NCBI GenBank assembly: GCA_038087875.1
Contig: CM075997.1
Span: 3,784,001-3,848,000, forward strand
Direction: 5' to 3'
DNA length: 64,000 bases
Source of the DNA: Malacoraja senta
Taxonomy: Eukaryota
Position 1 is the stretch's first letter; each line of letters begins with the position of its first letter. The position numbers and the translations under genes are program-made. Below, in pieces: positions 1 through 10,925 of this stretch. The notes beneath the pieces were generated by a model. That model made no database searches. It saw nothing but the letters and a program-made list of their open reading frames with translations, and was not told the DNA's origin.

Positions 1-354
1 ACTCCACACTCACCCAGCTTTTGGTTAAGTCATAGATAGACACAAAATGCTGGAGTAACTTAGTGGGACAGGCAGCATCTCTGAAGATGCAACGACCAGG
101 TTCAGGAATAGCTACTTCCCCACAGGCAGCTGGCTATTAAACGTGGCTCGGACAAAACTCTAAAAATTAATCTGTTATTTGCACTTTATCAGTTTATTTA
201 TTCATGTGTGTATATATTTATATAATGGTATATGGACACACTGATCTGTTTTGAAGTCAATGCCTACTATGTTCTGTTGTGCTGAAGCAAAGCAACAATT
301 TCATTGTCCTATCAGGGACACATGACAATAAACTCTCTTGAATCTTGAATCTTG

Positions 355-850
355 AGAGAAGAGATGCGTTACGTTTCGGGTCTTCAGACTGATGTCAGAG
401 GAGTAGGCGGTGCATAGATAAGGAAGTTTATAGATGAGGATGTGCAAGGTGTGAAAGTACCAAGGGAATGGGTATTTAGGACAATGTAGAATAGATCATT
501 GTTAGTTGGGCAAAGGTGACAACAAAGCAAACAGAGATAAAATGTAGTCGGAGACAGTAAGACTGGTCGGAGAACTGGGAAAGGGGAAGAGAGATAGAAA
601 CTGTACCAGTTTCAAAGTTGTCTTGTTGAGTCTCATTGTCTGTCACTCGTTTTCACCTAGCCCACAGCTAACAATGGCTTGTTTCCTCTATCATCTTTTT
701 GCATATCTTTCATTTGTGTTCTATATCTCTCTATATCATCGTCTATATGTCTCGTTTCCCTTTTGCCAGACTTTCAGTCACCCGCAACATCACCTATTCC
801 TTTTCTCCAGTGATGGTGTCCGGCCCGCTGAGTTACTCCAACTTTTAGCT
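355..850. mobile_element. Two opposed Penelope-like 3'/pLTR fragments
   Basis: Similar to the 3' region that follows the GIY-YIG ORF end at 50546-50905 and 61383-61824 (CTAGCCCACAGCTAACAATGG..., CCCGCTGAGTTACTCC). Confidence 0.65.
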
Positions 851-856
851 CTACTT

Positions 857-1137
857 TAGTTCAGTTTAGTTTGGAGATACAGCGTGGAAACAGGCCCTTC
901 GGCCCAACGGGTCTGTACCGACCTGCGATTCCTGCATGCTACCACTATCCTACACACACTATGGACAATTCACATTTATACAAAGCCAATTAGCTCACAG
1001 ATCTTTCCCAGAGAAAACTCACGCAGGTCACGGGGAGAACGTACAAACTCCGTACAGACAGCACCCGTAGTCAGGATTGAACCCAGGCCTTTGGCGCTGT
1101 GAGGTAGCAACTCGACCACTGCACCACCGTGCCGCCC
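857..1137 (-). mobile_element. HE1-like tRNA-derived V-SINE
   Basis: Reverse complement of the SINE consensus seen throughout the window; (TTTAG)n tail. Confidence 0.8.
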
Positions 1138-1139
1138 CC

Positions 1140-1450
1140 TGGAAGGTGGAGTTGCTGCCTTACAGCGAACGCAGCGCCAGAGACCCCGGTTCGATCCCGA
1201 CTACGGGTGCTGCCCGTATGGAGTTTGCACGTTCTCCCCGTGACCTGCGTGGGTTTTCTCCGAGATCTTCGGTTTCCTCCCACACTCCAAAGACGTGCAG
1301 GTTTGTAGGTTAATTGGCTTGGTAAATGTTTAAAAAAATTGTCCCTAGTGGGTGTAGTATGGTGTTAATGTGCGGTGATCGCTGGTCGGCGCGGACCCGG
1401 TGGGCCGAAGGGCCTGTTTCCGCACTGTATCTCTAAACTAAACTAAACTA
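1140..1450 (+). mobile_element. HE1-like tRNA-derived V-SINE
   Basis: B-box GGTTCGATCCC, V-domain GTTCTCCCCGTG...GGTTTCCTCCCAC, CR1-like tail GGGCCGAAGGGCCTGTTTCC, (CTAAA)n. Confidence 0.85.
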
Positions 1451-2684
1451 TAAGGGAAGCAAATGGAAAATGTGGTCAACAGTTAGTTAGTCTTGCTCAC
1501 CAGTAGGTTCTGTGGAAGTTTTGCCTCCAGCGACTCTTACCTACGTCTACGGATGTGCCGTGGAAGGCATTTTATTGGGATGCTTTGCAATATGGTTTAG
1601 GAACAACGGCTCCATCCAAGACCGCAGGAAATTGCAGAGAATTGTGGAGGCAGCTTAGCTCCAAAGTACTCAAGAAGTCTAGTTTAGAGATATAGAGATA
1701 CGGCGCGGAAACAGGCCCTTCGGCCCACCGGGTCCGTGCCGACCAGCGATCACCCCAATACACTAGCACTACCCTACCCACCAGCGACAATTTACAATTT
1801 TGCCGAAGCCAATTAACTTGCAAACCTGTACATCTCTGGAGTGTGGGAAGAAACCAGAGCCCCCGGAGTATACCAACGTGGTCTCAGAGAGAACGTGCAA
1901 ACTCCGTACAGACAGCGCCCATAGTCAGGATCGCACCCGGGTCTCTGGTGCTGTAAGGCTAACTGTACATGATCCATATTTCTGAAGAAGGGTTTCGGCC
2001 CGAAACGTTGCCTATTACCTTCGCTCCATAGATGCTGCTGCATCCGCTGAGTTTCTCCAGCATTTTTGTGTACCTATGATCCATATCTCTCTATGTTTTG
2101 TTCTTTCACGTGTCTATCTAAACACTTCTTCTTGACATCTCTTCCTAAAGACGAATCTGGCTAAATAGATGTTTAAGAAGGAACTGCAGATGCTGGAAAA
2201 ATCGAAGGTAGACAAAAATGCTGGAGAAACTCAGAGGGTGAGGCAGCATCTATGGAGCGAAGGAATAGGCGACGTTTCGGGTCGAGACCCTTCATCAGCC
2301 TGATGTCGGGGGGGTGGTTTGGGAAAAAGAAAGGAAGAGGGAAGAAATAGATGGGGGGTTTTCTGTTTTTATATGCCTATCTCATTCTTCATCTTTTTTT
2401 CTTGTTCAATTGTATTTGGGGAGAATTGTGCAAGAGACATTATTTGGAATTCACTTTTCGGACATAACTTTTACAATAAACATGAAGTTCCAAGAATCTC
2501 TTGAAAGATCCGGAGTGTTTCACAATCGCACGCAAGTTCAAGGAGGAAAACCAATAAAAAAGAAAATACAGTTTGGTTCAGTTTAGTTTTGCTTAGAGAT
2601 GCAGCGCGGAAACAGGCCCTTCAGCCCACCGAGTCCGCGCCGACCAGCGATCCCCGCACATTTACACTACGTTAGTGAACATAA

Positions 2685-3381
2685 AGGGCCTGTCCCACTT
2701 ATGTGTCCTTAGCACGCAGATTACGCGACCTCGTCGTCGTGTTGAGGCGCACGGGCATCGTGTGGCCATGTGGGGTCGGTCCCACTGAGAAGCGCGGAGG
2801 GGTATGTAGTTGTGCGCGATATCGCGCGGGGCTCCGGAATTTTTGTAGCGAACGAAATCTTCGCGCGCCAACGGCCTGTCGCGGAACTGACGGCCAAAGT
2901 GGGACAGGCCCAAGACCCTGGTGCGACGCAACGTCTCACCTCCAACAGCAGCAGAAGCAGGCAAACGATCGCCGAGATCAGCCTGGGGCTCACGGCCGTT
3001 GCGGTCCGGATCCGCCCCCACTTCTACTCCCAGAGCAGGGGCCAAGAAAATTGAAGATAGACACAAAATGCTGGAGTAACTCAGCGGGACCAGCAGCATC
3101 TCTGGAGAGAAGGAATGGGTGACGTTTTGGGTCAAGACCCTTCTTTCAGACTGAAGAAGAATCTCGACACGAATCGTCACCCATTCCTTCTCTCCAGAGA
3201 TGCTGCCGGTCCTGCTGAGTTACTCCAGCATTTTGTGTCCAACTTCAAAATACGTCACGTGCTCCAGACGGCTGTGCGGGCGCATAAAATCGCGCGCGAC
3301 CTTCGCGGGACCGTCGCGCCTCAACGCGACCCCGAGGTCGCGTAATTAGCATGCCAAGCACACGTAAGTGGGACAGGGGCT
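2685..3381. mobile_element. PIF/Harbinger-type MITE with a nested Penelope fold-back (~3052-3245)
   Basis: TIRs AGGGCCTGTCCCACTT / AAGTGGGACAGGGGCT, TAA on both sides, no coding capacity. Confidence 0.8.
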
Positions 3382-3475
3382 TAAGGAACTGGTTTATACC
3401 AAAGATAGACACAAAATGCTGGAGTAACTCAGTGAGTCAGGCAGTAGTTCATTGCCATGGACAATTTATGTACAA

Positions 3476-3545
3476 TTTTACTTCGGAGTCACGTGATTGA
3501 CTACGTGAAGAACCCGTCAGGGCGCATACGCGACATATCATCTAA
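3476..3545 (+). repeat. DIRS left terminal region / left ITR
   Basis: 3476-3511 is the reverse complement of 8080-8115 (1 mismatch). About 3504-3539 (CGTGAAGAACCCGTCAGGGCGCATACGCGACATATC) is an imperfect reverse complement of ~8298-8333. Confidence 0.9.
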
Positions 3546-3672
3546 CGCATTGCGCAGCGACAGGCGGGGAGGAGCGTTCCCCGCAGTGGTAAGCTTAAAA
3601 CCAGAGACCTACAGGTAAGTACTTACTCTGAGGTCGTTTGGAGTGTCTTTCTGTGTTACAGGAAGAACAACC

Positions 3673-4881
3673 ATGGACAAGACTCGTACAAAGTCCAAAC
3701 GGGCTGCTAAACAACTGGCTGATGAGGACCTCGAGAGCACGGGGAGCCAGCAGCGGCCGACTGCAGCATCGCTATCTATGTGATCAGCGGTCTCTGTCCC
3801 GGCACCTGTGCAGTCTGGGTCGCCACAGGATGACAGGAACGCCAAACGGAAGAGGGACACGCACGTGGTCTCCGAAGTATCGGGCCATGAGCAAACGCCG
3901 CCGGCAGACAGCGACAGTGGTCGCATATCCCGTCTGGAGCGGTTAGTGGAGCAATTGCTTCACCGTGACACACTCCGGGCGAAGGAGTCACGTCACTACG
4001 GGCCTCCTAGGACGCCCATGGCAGCACCTTTTTCAGGGCTGCACAATGTATCTCCCTCGACAGAGGGGAGCATTGAGAGTCATTTCTGGGCTGACTCCGA
4101 ACAAGGGTTGGCTGAAGATACCTCAAGTATGCTGGGGGTGCCAGAAGAGAAGATGCTGGGAATGGTAACGAAGTTTGCGGTGCCTCCACAGTCAGGGCAG
4201 CCGCTGCAACCAGCACTAGCAGCCAGCATTGACTACCTTTCCACCCATCAATTACAGGAACAGGCACTCAATGAAACCACTGCAAAATACCTGGCACCAG
4301 GGAACTGTATCTCACTCAATGTTCCAGCAGTGAATCCCTCCATCTGGGGACATATTGGTGCAGGTATAAGGGCACAGGAGGTGCAGATGCAGAAGATCCT
4401 CAAACTTCTAGCTTCGGGGATTACAGCATTTGCCCGGTCGGTGGATGACACGGAAATAACAGAGGCTCAGCAAGATGCGCTGGCGCTCCTCTGCAATACG
4501 CAGTTCGAGATCAACTGCTTCCGAAAAAACGCCATCCGCCCAGCCTTGAACCCCAAATTTGCGGCTCTGTGCAAGACCAACACCACACTGCCGCCAATTT
4601 TGTTATTTGGGGGCAACCTTTCCAAACAGGTTAAAGAGCTGGATGAAGAGGCGAAAGCCGCCGGGCTCATCAAGGCTCCATCGGGCAAAATACCTCGGCT
4701 ACAGCACCCCTACGCATCCACCAGCAGGCCGCGTCATGTCGAAGCTGGTGAAAGCTCGAAGGCCGCAACTCAAGGACAGAGGTCTTTTTTAGACCGCGGC
4801 CCAGAGCGACCTTCATGGAAGATGTACCAACCCCGAACTCCAGCATCTCAACCGGCCAAGAAACAGAAGAAGAAGAGATGA
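3673..4881 (+). pseudogene. DIRS ORF1, gag-like protein; in-frame TGA at 3781-3783
   Basis: ATG 3673 in strong context (ACCATGG) is in frame with ORF 3808-4881 across one TGA. The protein has DIRS-gag-like segments (PGNC..LNVPAVNPSIW, IRPALNPKF, LLFGGNL). Confidence 0.8.
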
Positions 4882-4965
4882 ACACCCCACTGGTAACCAT
4901 GGAGGTAGGTGGGTCTGGTTCCTCCCAGGACACAGCAGGTGCAAGGGATACACTTGTTGGGGGTA

Positions 4966-5062
4966 CACAAAAATGCTGGAGAAACTCAGCGGGTGCAGCA
5001 GCATCTATGGAGCGAAGGAAATAGGCAACGTTTCGGGCCGAAACCCTTCTTCAGACTTCTCC
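4966..5062 (-). mobile_element. Short Penelope-derived insert (hammerhead-like core) inside DIRS ORF2
   Basis: Flanked by an 18-bp TSD ATACACTTGTT(G/A)GGGGTA (4948-4965 and 5063-5080). The minus strand reads CTGAAGAAGGGTTTCGGCCCGAAACGTT. Confidence 0.85.
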
Positions 5063-6504
5063 ATACACTTGTTAGGGGTAGGTTACACTTGTTTTGGGAG
5101 GCATGGAGCTCTATAACCTCTGATTCTTATATACTCCATAGTGTTCAAGGATACGAAATTGAATTCATAAACAAACACCTTCCTCCGGTTCAGCATGCAC
5201 CCAGCAGATCGTTTATGCTATCACAACAAGAGAAGTTGGATGGTCATGCTGAACTTAAGAGGCTATATACTAAAGGTGTAATTGAGAAATCTCAACATGA
5301 CTCTCTAGAATTTGTGTCAAACATTTTCACAAAAAAGAAAAAGGATGGTGGATGTCGCATCATCATCGATTTGACAAAACTGAACACATTTGTGCAGTAT
5401 ACTCATTTCAAAATGGAAACCTTTGTCACGGCCAAACAATTGATTTCCGAAGGCTACTTCATGGCATGCATCGATTTAAAAGATGCATACTATTCAGTGC
5501 CTATACACAAGGGTCACCGCTGATATCTGAAGTTTAACTGGATGGGGCAGCTTTGGCAGTACAAAGCACTGCCTAATGGGTTGACCTCAGCCCCCAGACT
5601 GTTCACCAAATTACTGAAACCATCTCTGGCGTTTCTTCGGAAACAAAAACATATTGTCATGGCCTAACTAGATGACATACTAATCATGGGTAAAACCTAC
5701 AAATTAGCCAAAACAGCTGTTACAGCTACCATATGTCTGTTTGAGAAACTGGGGTTTATCATGCATCCAGATAAATCAAAGTTAACACCATCCAGGACTA
5801 TGGACTATTTGGGATTCACCATTAATTCAGTTCACATGACTGTGACTTTGCCTAGGGGCAAGGCAACTGAATTAATGGAAGTTTGCAGCAACCTTGCTGT
5901 CATCAGTCAACCATCCATCAGACAAGTAGCTAGGGTGATTGGCAAACTCGTAGCTGCTTTTCCAGCCACACAGTTTGGACCTTTGCACTACCAAAATTTA
6001 CAGAGAGCAAAGGTGCAAGCACTTAAACATCATGCTGGTCATTTCGACAGACCAATGCAATTACCAACAAAAGCTATTTTGGAACTCCGATGGTGGGCGT
6101 TCCTTCAGCTCCATTATTATTAGCAACCCATCAGTTGTATTACAGACTGATGCCAGCGCTCAAGGTTGGGGTGCCACCAACACCATCTCCAGTTGTGGTG
6201 GCAGATGCGATGCGCATGAATCATCTCTACTTTATACACTTGGTATAAATTATTTGGAAATGTTGGGAGCATTCTATGGTCTGAAGGCGTACTGTTCAAA
6301 AATGCATCATCTGCATGTTCGCCTGCAAATAGATAATACCACTGTGGTGGCTTATATTAATCACATGGGTGGAATCAGATCGATATCATGTGATGATCTG
6401 GCCAATTCAATCTGGCAATGGTGTATCAACAGAAACATTTGGATATCTGCTATTTACCTACCAGGTAAACTCAATTCAGTGGCAGACACCAGGTCACGAA
6501 AATT

Positions 6505-6810
6505 TAATGACAACACCGAATGGATGTTGGACCCCAAAGTGTTTGCAGACATTGTAGCACAATATGGAACACCAGATATCGACCTATTTGCATCTAGACT
6601 TAACCACCAGTTGCCGACATATGTTGCGTGGGAACCAGACCCTGGGGCAGCAGCGATGGACGCATTTTTGCTGCACTGGGGAAATTTGTTTTTCTATGCA
6701 TTTCTCCCCTTCTGCCTCATCAGTCAGGTCTTACGCAAAATACAACAAGACTCTGCGTCAGGTATTTTGGTAGTACCCGACTGGCCTACCCAGCCATGGT
6801 TCCCTGTGGT
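6505..6810 (+). other. N6-adenine DNA methyltransferase-like domain at the C-terminus of DIRS ORF2
   Basis: EWML...IDLFASRLN...DAF..HW...YAFLPF...VVPDWPTQPWF matches the phage-Dam-like MT domain known from DIRS1 elements. The usual FPPF motif reads FLPF here. Confidence 0.8.
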
Positions 6811-6921
6811 TCTCAACATGGTTTCAGAACCATGTATGGCCGTCGCCAAACGACCAGACTTGATGGTCCATCCTGTAACTGGCGAAAGTCATCCATGCCA
6901 TGGCAGGACTAATCTGTTAAT

Positions 6922-7905
6922 TTGCAGAATTTGAACAGGCCACTTCTGGATCTTGGACTGACGGACCGAACCATCAACATGATCACGGCGGCACAAAGAG
7001 AGTCTACCAGGAAACAGTACCTGACTTACATCAGGAAATGGGAACGTTATTGTTCCAGGACTAATGTTGAGTATAACTCAGCCACCGTAACAAATGTCCT
7101 GGAGTTCCTCGCTAACCTTCATTTCGATGAAGGACTTAGCTACAGTGCCATCAACAGCGCCAGGAGTGCCCTATCGACCTATTTGTGGCGCGGATTCGAC
7201 CACCATTCTCTGGGATCTCAGCCCTTGGTTTCCAAATTAATGAGGGGTATATTCAACTCCAATCCCCCTAGGGCCAGATACTCTCACATTTGGGATGTGA
7301 GTATTGTGTTGACGTTGCTTCGGGGTTGGTCACCAGCAACGTCCCTGTCCCTGGAGAAACTTACCCTTAAGTTGGTAATGCTGATGGCACTGGTCTCGGC
7401 CCAGCGGGTGCAATCTTTACACAAATTACGACTGGACTCGATGGCCAAAGGGACAAATGATATAACATTTTATATCCATGAACTGGTAAAACAAAACAGG
7501 CCTGGGTCATCCGGCCTTAAACTAGAGTTTCGAGCATACCCTACAGATGTTCGCCTATGCGTCATGACACATCTGTTACTATACGTTGAGCTAACAGCTA
7601 AAGTAAGAGGCCAAGAATTGGCACTATTAGTGAGCCACAAAAGACCTCACAATAGGGTATCGGTCCAAACTATATCTAGATGGCTTCGACAGGTTTTGGG
7701 GGCTGCAGGGGTGGATATTGATATTTTCAAATCTCATTCCACCAGGGCTGCAGCCACATCGGCAGCACGGCACATGGAGGTTCCAATGGATCACATCTTG
7801 GGTACGGCAGGATGGTTCAGGGAGAAGACCTTTCAAGAATTTTATAATAAGCCAGTTGCCAAACCTGCGACTTTTGCAGACACTATTTTGAGTTCTGTTT
7901 TATAA
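6922..7905 (+). CDS. DIRS ORF3 tyrosine recombinase (open frame; first ATG at 6979)
   Basis: N-terminal SAM-like binding domain (STRKQY...YSAINSARSALS). Catalytic residues: R (SAQR), HxxR (SHSTR), W (AGW), Y (FQEFY). Confidence 0.93.
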   Translation: MQNLNRPLLDLGLTDRTINMITAAQRESTRKQYLTYIRKWERYCSRTNVEYNSATVTNVLEFLANLHFDEGLSYSAINSARSALSTYLWRGFDHHSLGSQPLVSKLMRGIFNSNPPRARYSHIWDVSIVLTLLRGWSPATSLSLEKLTLKLVMLMALVSAQRVQSLHKLRLDSMAKGTNDITFYIHELVKQNRPGSSGLKLEFRAYPTDVRLCVMTHLLLYVELTAKVRGQELALLVSHKRPHNRVSVQTISRWLRQVLGAAGVDIDIFKSHSTRAAATSAARHMEVPMDHILGTAGWFREKTFQEFYNKPVAKPATFADTILSSVL

Positions 7906-8079
7906 TACACCCCGAAGGACAGGGGTCATTATTATAATTTGTGTTAATAAATCACTCATTGTTTCTTTTTTAACAATTGATTCATGACTGGATTTGTTAA
8001 CATACTTCCTCCTCAGTCTACGACAGTAGGGTGTGAAGCATGGACTCGTTCCGTGGCATGAAATCACAGAGCTTTAAAA

Positions 8080-8192
8080 TCTTCACGTAGTCACTCACGT
8101 GACTCCGAAGTAAAATAGTAAGATTAAACGAGAACTTACCAGTTTGAAGTTTGATCTTTATTTTATGAGGAGTTACGTTGAGGGATTACGTG
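8080..8192. repeat. DIRS internal complementary region (ICR)
   Basis: 8080-8115 is complementary to the left end and ~8113-8192 is complementary to the right-end extension 8330-8409. The two parts join at GTAAAATAGTAAG. Confidence 0.92.
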
Positions 8193-8294
8193 CCCTCCAC
8201 GCCCACCCTCTATTATAAAGGTCAGCTGGTATTATGGTTCTTATCTTACTATGTTAATTCGACTACCGTATCTGTGATTTCACACCACTGCTTT

Positions 8295-8409
8295 GAAGAT
8301 ATGTCGCGCATGCGCCCTGACAGGTTCCTCACGAAATCCCTCAACGTAACTCCTCATAAAATAAAGATCAAACTTCAAACTGGTAAGTTCTCGTTTAATC
8401 TTACTATTT
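8295..8409. repeat. DIRS right ITR plus right extension
   Basis: GATATGTCGCGCATGCGCCCTGACAGGTTCCTCACG is inverted relative to the left ITR, then ~77 nt complementary to the ICR. Confidence 0.9.
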
Positions 8410-8434
8410 ATGTTTTGTGTGATGTTTTGCTATA

Positions 8435-8580
8435 TAGGGCTTAAAGATACCAGAGTCAGGGGATATGGGGAGAAGGCAGGAACGGGGCACTGATTGGGGA
8501 TGATCAGCCATGATCACATTGAATGGCGGCGCTGGCTCGAAGGGCCGAATGGTCTACTCCTGCACCTATTGTCTATTGTC
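8435..8580 (+). mobile_element. CR1 LINE 3' fragment
   Basis: GYGEKAGTG-coding end, then GGCTCGAAGGGCCGAATGG and a (CTATTGT)n tail. Confidence 0.8.
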
Positions 8581-8810
8581 TGTCTGAGTCGATGTGCCTG
8601 TAATGCTGCTACAAACAAGATTTACATTGTACTTGTACTTGTGTGTATGAGTAGACCTGACTAAGAGAGCCTCTACACATGCACACATGCACATGTGCAC
8701 ACACACATATACACATGCACATGAACTTACATGCATGCACATGCACACATTACATAGATGCAAACATGCACACACATAGGGAGAGACATACTGTATATAC
8801 ACATGCCTTG

Positions 8811-9161
8811 GGTGACAGATGGCGCAATGGGCTAAGTGTTCGGCTGGCAACCGGAAGGTAGCCGGTTCGAATCCCGCTTGGAGTGCATACTGTCGTTGTG
8901 TCCTTGGGCAAGACACTTCACCCACCTTTGCCTGTGTGTGAATGTGTGTGAATGTGTGTGAGTGATTGGTGGTGGTCGGAGGGGCCGTAGGCGCAAATTA
9001 GCAGCCACGCTTCCGTCAGTCTGCCCCAGGGCAGCTGTGGCTACAGAAGTAGCTTACCACCACCGAGTGTGACTGAGGAGTGAATGAATAATGCGATGTA
9101 AAGCGCCTTGAGTATTAGAAAGGCGCTATATAAATCCAATCCATTATTATTATTATTATTA
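8811..9161 (+). mobile_element. Second tRNA-derived SINE family with an L2-like tail
   Basis: A-box TGGCGCAATGG, B-box GGTTCGAATCC, CORE-like GTGTCCTTGGGCAAGACACTT, tail GTAAAGCGCCTTGAG..GAAAGGCGCTATATAAAT and (ATT)n. A second copy lies at 53775-54005 on the minus strand. Confidence 0.8.
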
Positions 9162-9942
<781 letters not shown>

Positions 9943-10496
9943 ACCCTCCAGGGGACTTTCCAGATTAGGAGAGTCCACATCTTGGTGGCGGATTCCCACA
10001 CATTGGGTGTTTGGTAACAGGAAGAAGAAGTGAAGATGACCTCACAGAAGTGAACTTTGGATGGTCCTGAATCAGATCTAGTAACTGGCAGTTTTACTCC
10101 GCTGCTAATTATAGGAACTTGCTGAACCCATCGCCCTCAACATACTGACTCGTGTTGTCAACTTTCATTTGATGGGTTTCCTAGAAGTGTGTGCGCTACA
10201 GAAGTGTGTCTCTGATGACTCAAGCCTCCTCCTCAAACCACCATTCACTTCTCATAAGCTCTCGGAGCAGAATTCTCATAAGCTCTCGGAGCAGAGCCCG
10301 TCGTCCACTCCGCCATTCAATCAATTTACAGTAGCCAATTAACCTACAAACGTGCATGAGATGTTGCAGGTCAGGACCCTTCTTCAGAGATAAAATATCA
10401 CCTATTCATGTTCTCCAGAGATGCTGCCTGACCTGCTGAGTTACTCCAGCACTCTGTGTCAATTTTTTTGTAGACCAGCGCATGCTGTGCCTTGTT

Positions 10497-10925
10497 TCAT
10501 AAGTTCATGAGTTCATAAGCGATAGGAGCAGAATTAGGCCATTCGGCCCATCAAGCCAACTCCGCCATTCAATCATGGCTGATCTATCTCTCCCTCTCAA
10601 CCCCATTCTCCTGCCTTCTCCCCATAACCCCTGACACCCGCACTCTGTCTATCTCCGCCTGAAAAATATCCATTGGCCTTCACAGCCTTCTGTGGCAAAG
10701 AATTCCACAGATTCGCCACCCTCTGACTAAAGAAATTCCTCCTCATCTCCTTCCTAAAGGAACGTCCTTTAATTCTGAGGCTGTGACCTCTGGTACTGGA
10801 CTCTCCCACTAGTGGAAGCATCCTCTCCACATCCACTCTATCCGAGCCTTTCACAATTTCAATGAGTTTCCCCCTCATCCTAAACTCCAGCGAGTACAGG
10901 CCCAGCGCCATCAAACGCTCACATG
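10497..10925 (-). mobile_element. CR1 LINE 3' fragment
   Basis: ORF2 C-terminus LGLYSLEFR...TRGHSLRIKG...FFSQRV.NLWNSLP; (TTATGAAC)n-like tail. Confidence 0.85.

Larger units (their letters stand above)
4815..6934 (+). pseudogene. DIRS ORF2: reverse transcriptase, RNase H and DNA adenine methyltransferase-like domain, disrupted
   Basis: Motifs: VGGRLHLFWEAW, KKKDGGCRIIIDL, HFKMET, IDLKDAY, LPNGL..APRLFTK; YLDD is mutated to *LDD (TAA 5665-5667); RNase H TDAS..GWG, INYLE, IDNTT. Lesions: 115-nt insertion plus TSD at 4966-5080, TGA at 5521, frameshift near 6095. Confidence 0.92.
3476..8409 (+). mobile_element. DIRS1-type tyrosine-recombinase retrotransposon, full length, inactivated
   Basis: gag-like, RT/RNaseH/MT and YR ORFs lie in DIRS order. 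Left terminus TTTTACTTCGGAGTCACGTG and right terminus ...TTAATCTTACTATTT are both mirrored in an internal complementary region. ATTT is present at both junctions. Confidence 0.95.

Noticed and set aside
3615..3661. 47-nt leader intron between the GTAAGT donor and the first acceptor
   Set aside because: Too short for typical vertebrate splicing. The 3589 donor (73 nt) or unspliced RNA fits ORF1 better.
4909..5080. N-terminus of the 204-aa ORF as the real Pol start
   Set aside because: It is created by the 115-nt Penelope insert plus TSD; the ancestral frame is that of ATG 4815.
6922..7905. Phage or bacterial integrase contamination
   Set aside because: It sits within the DIRS ITR/ICR structure with an RT, and the element is interrupted and flanked by host-genome repeats.
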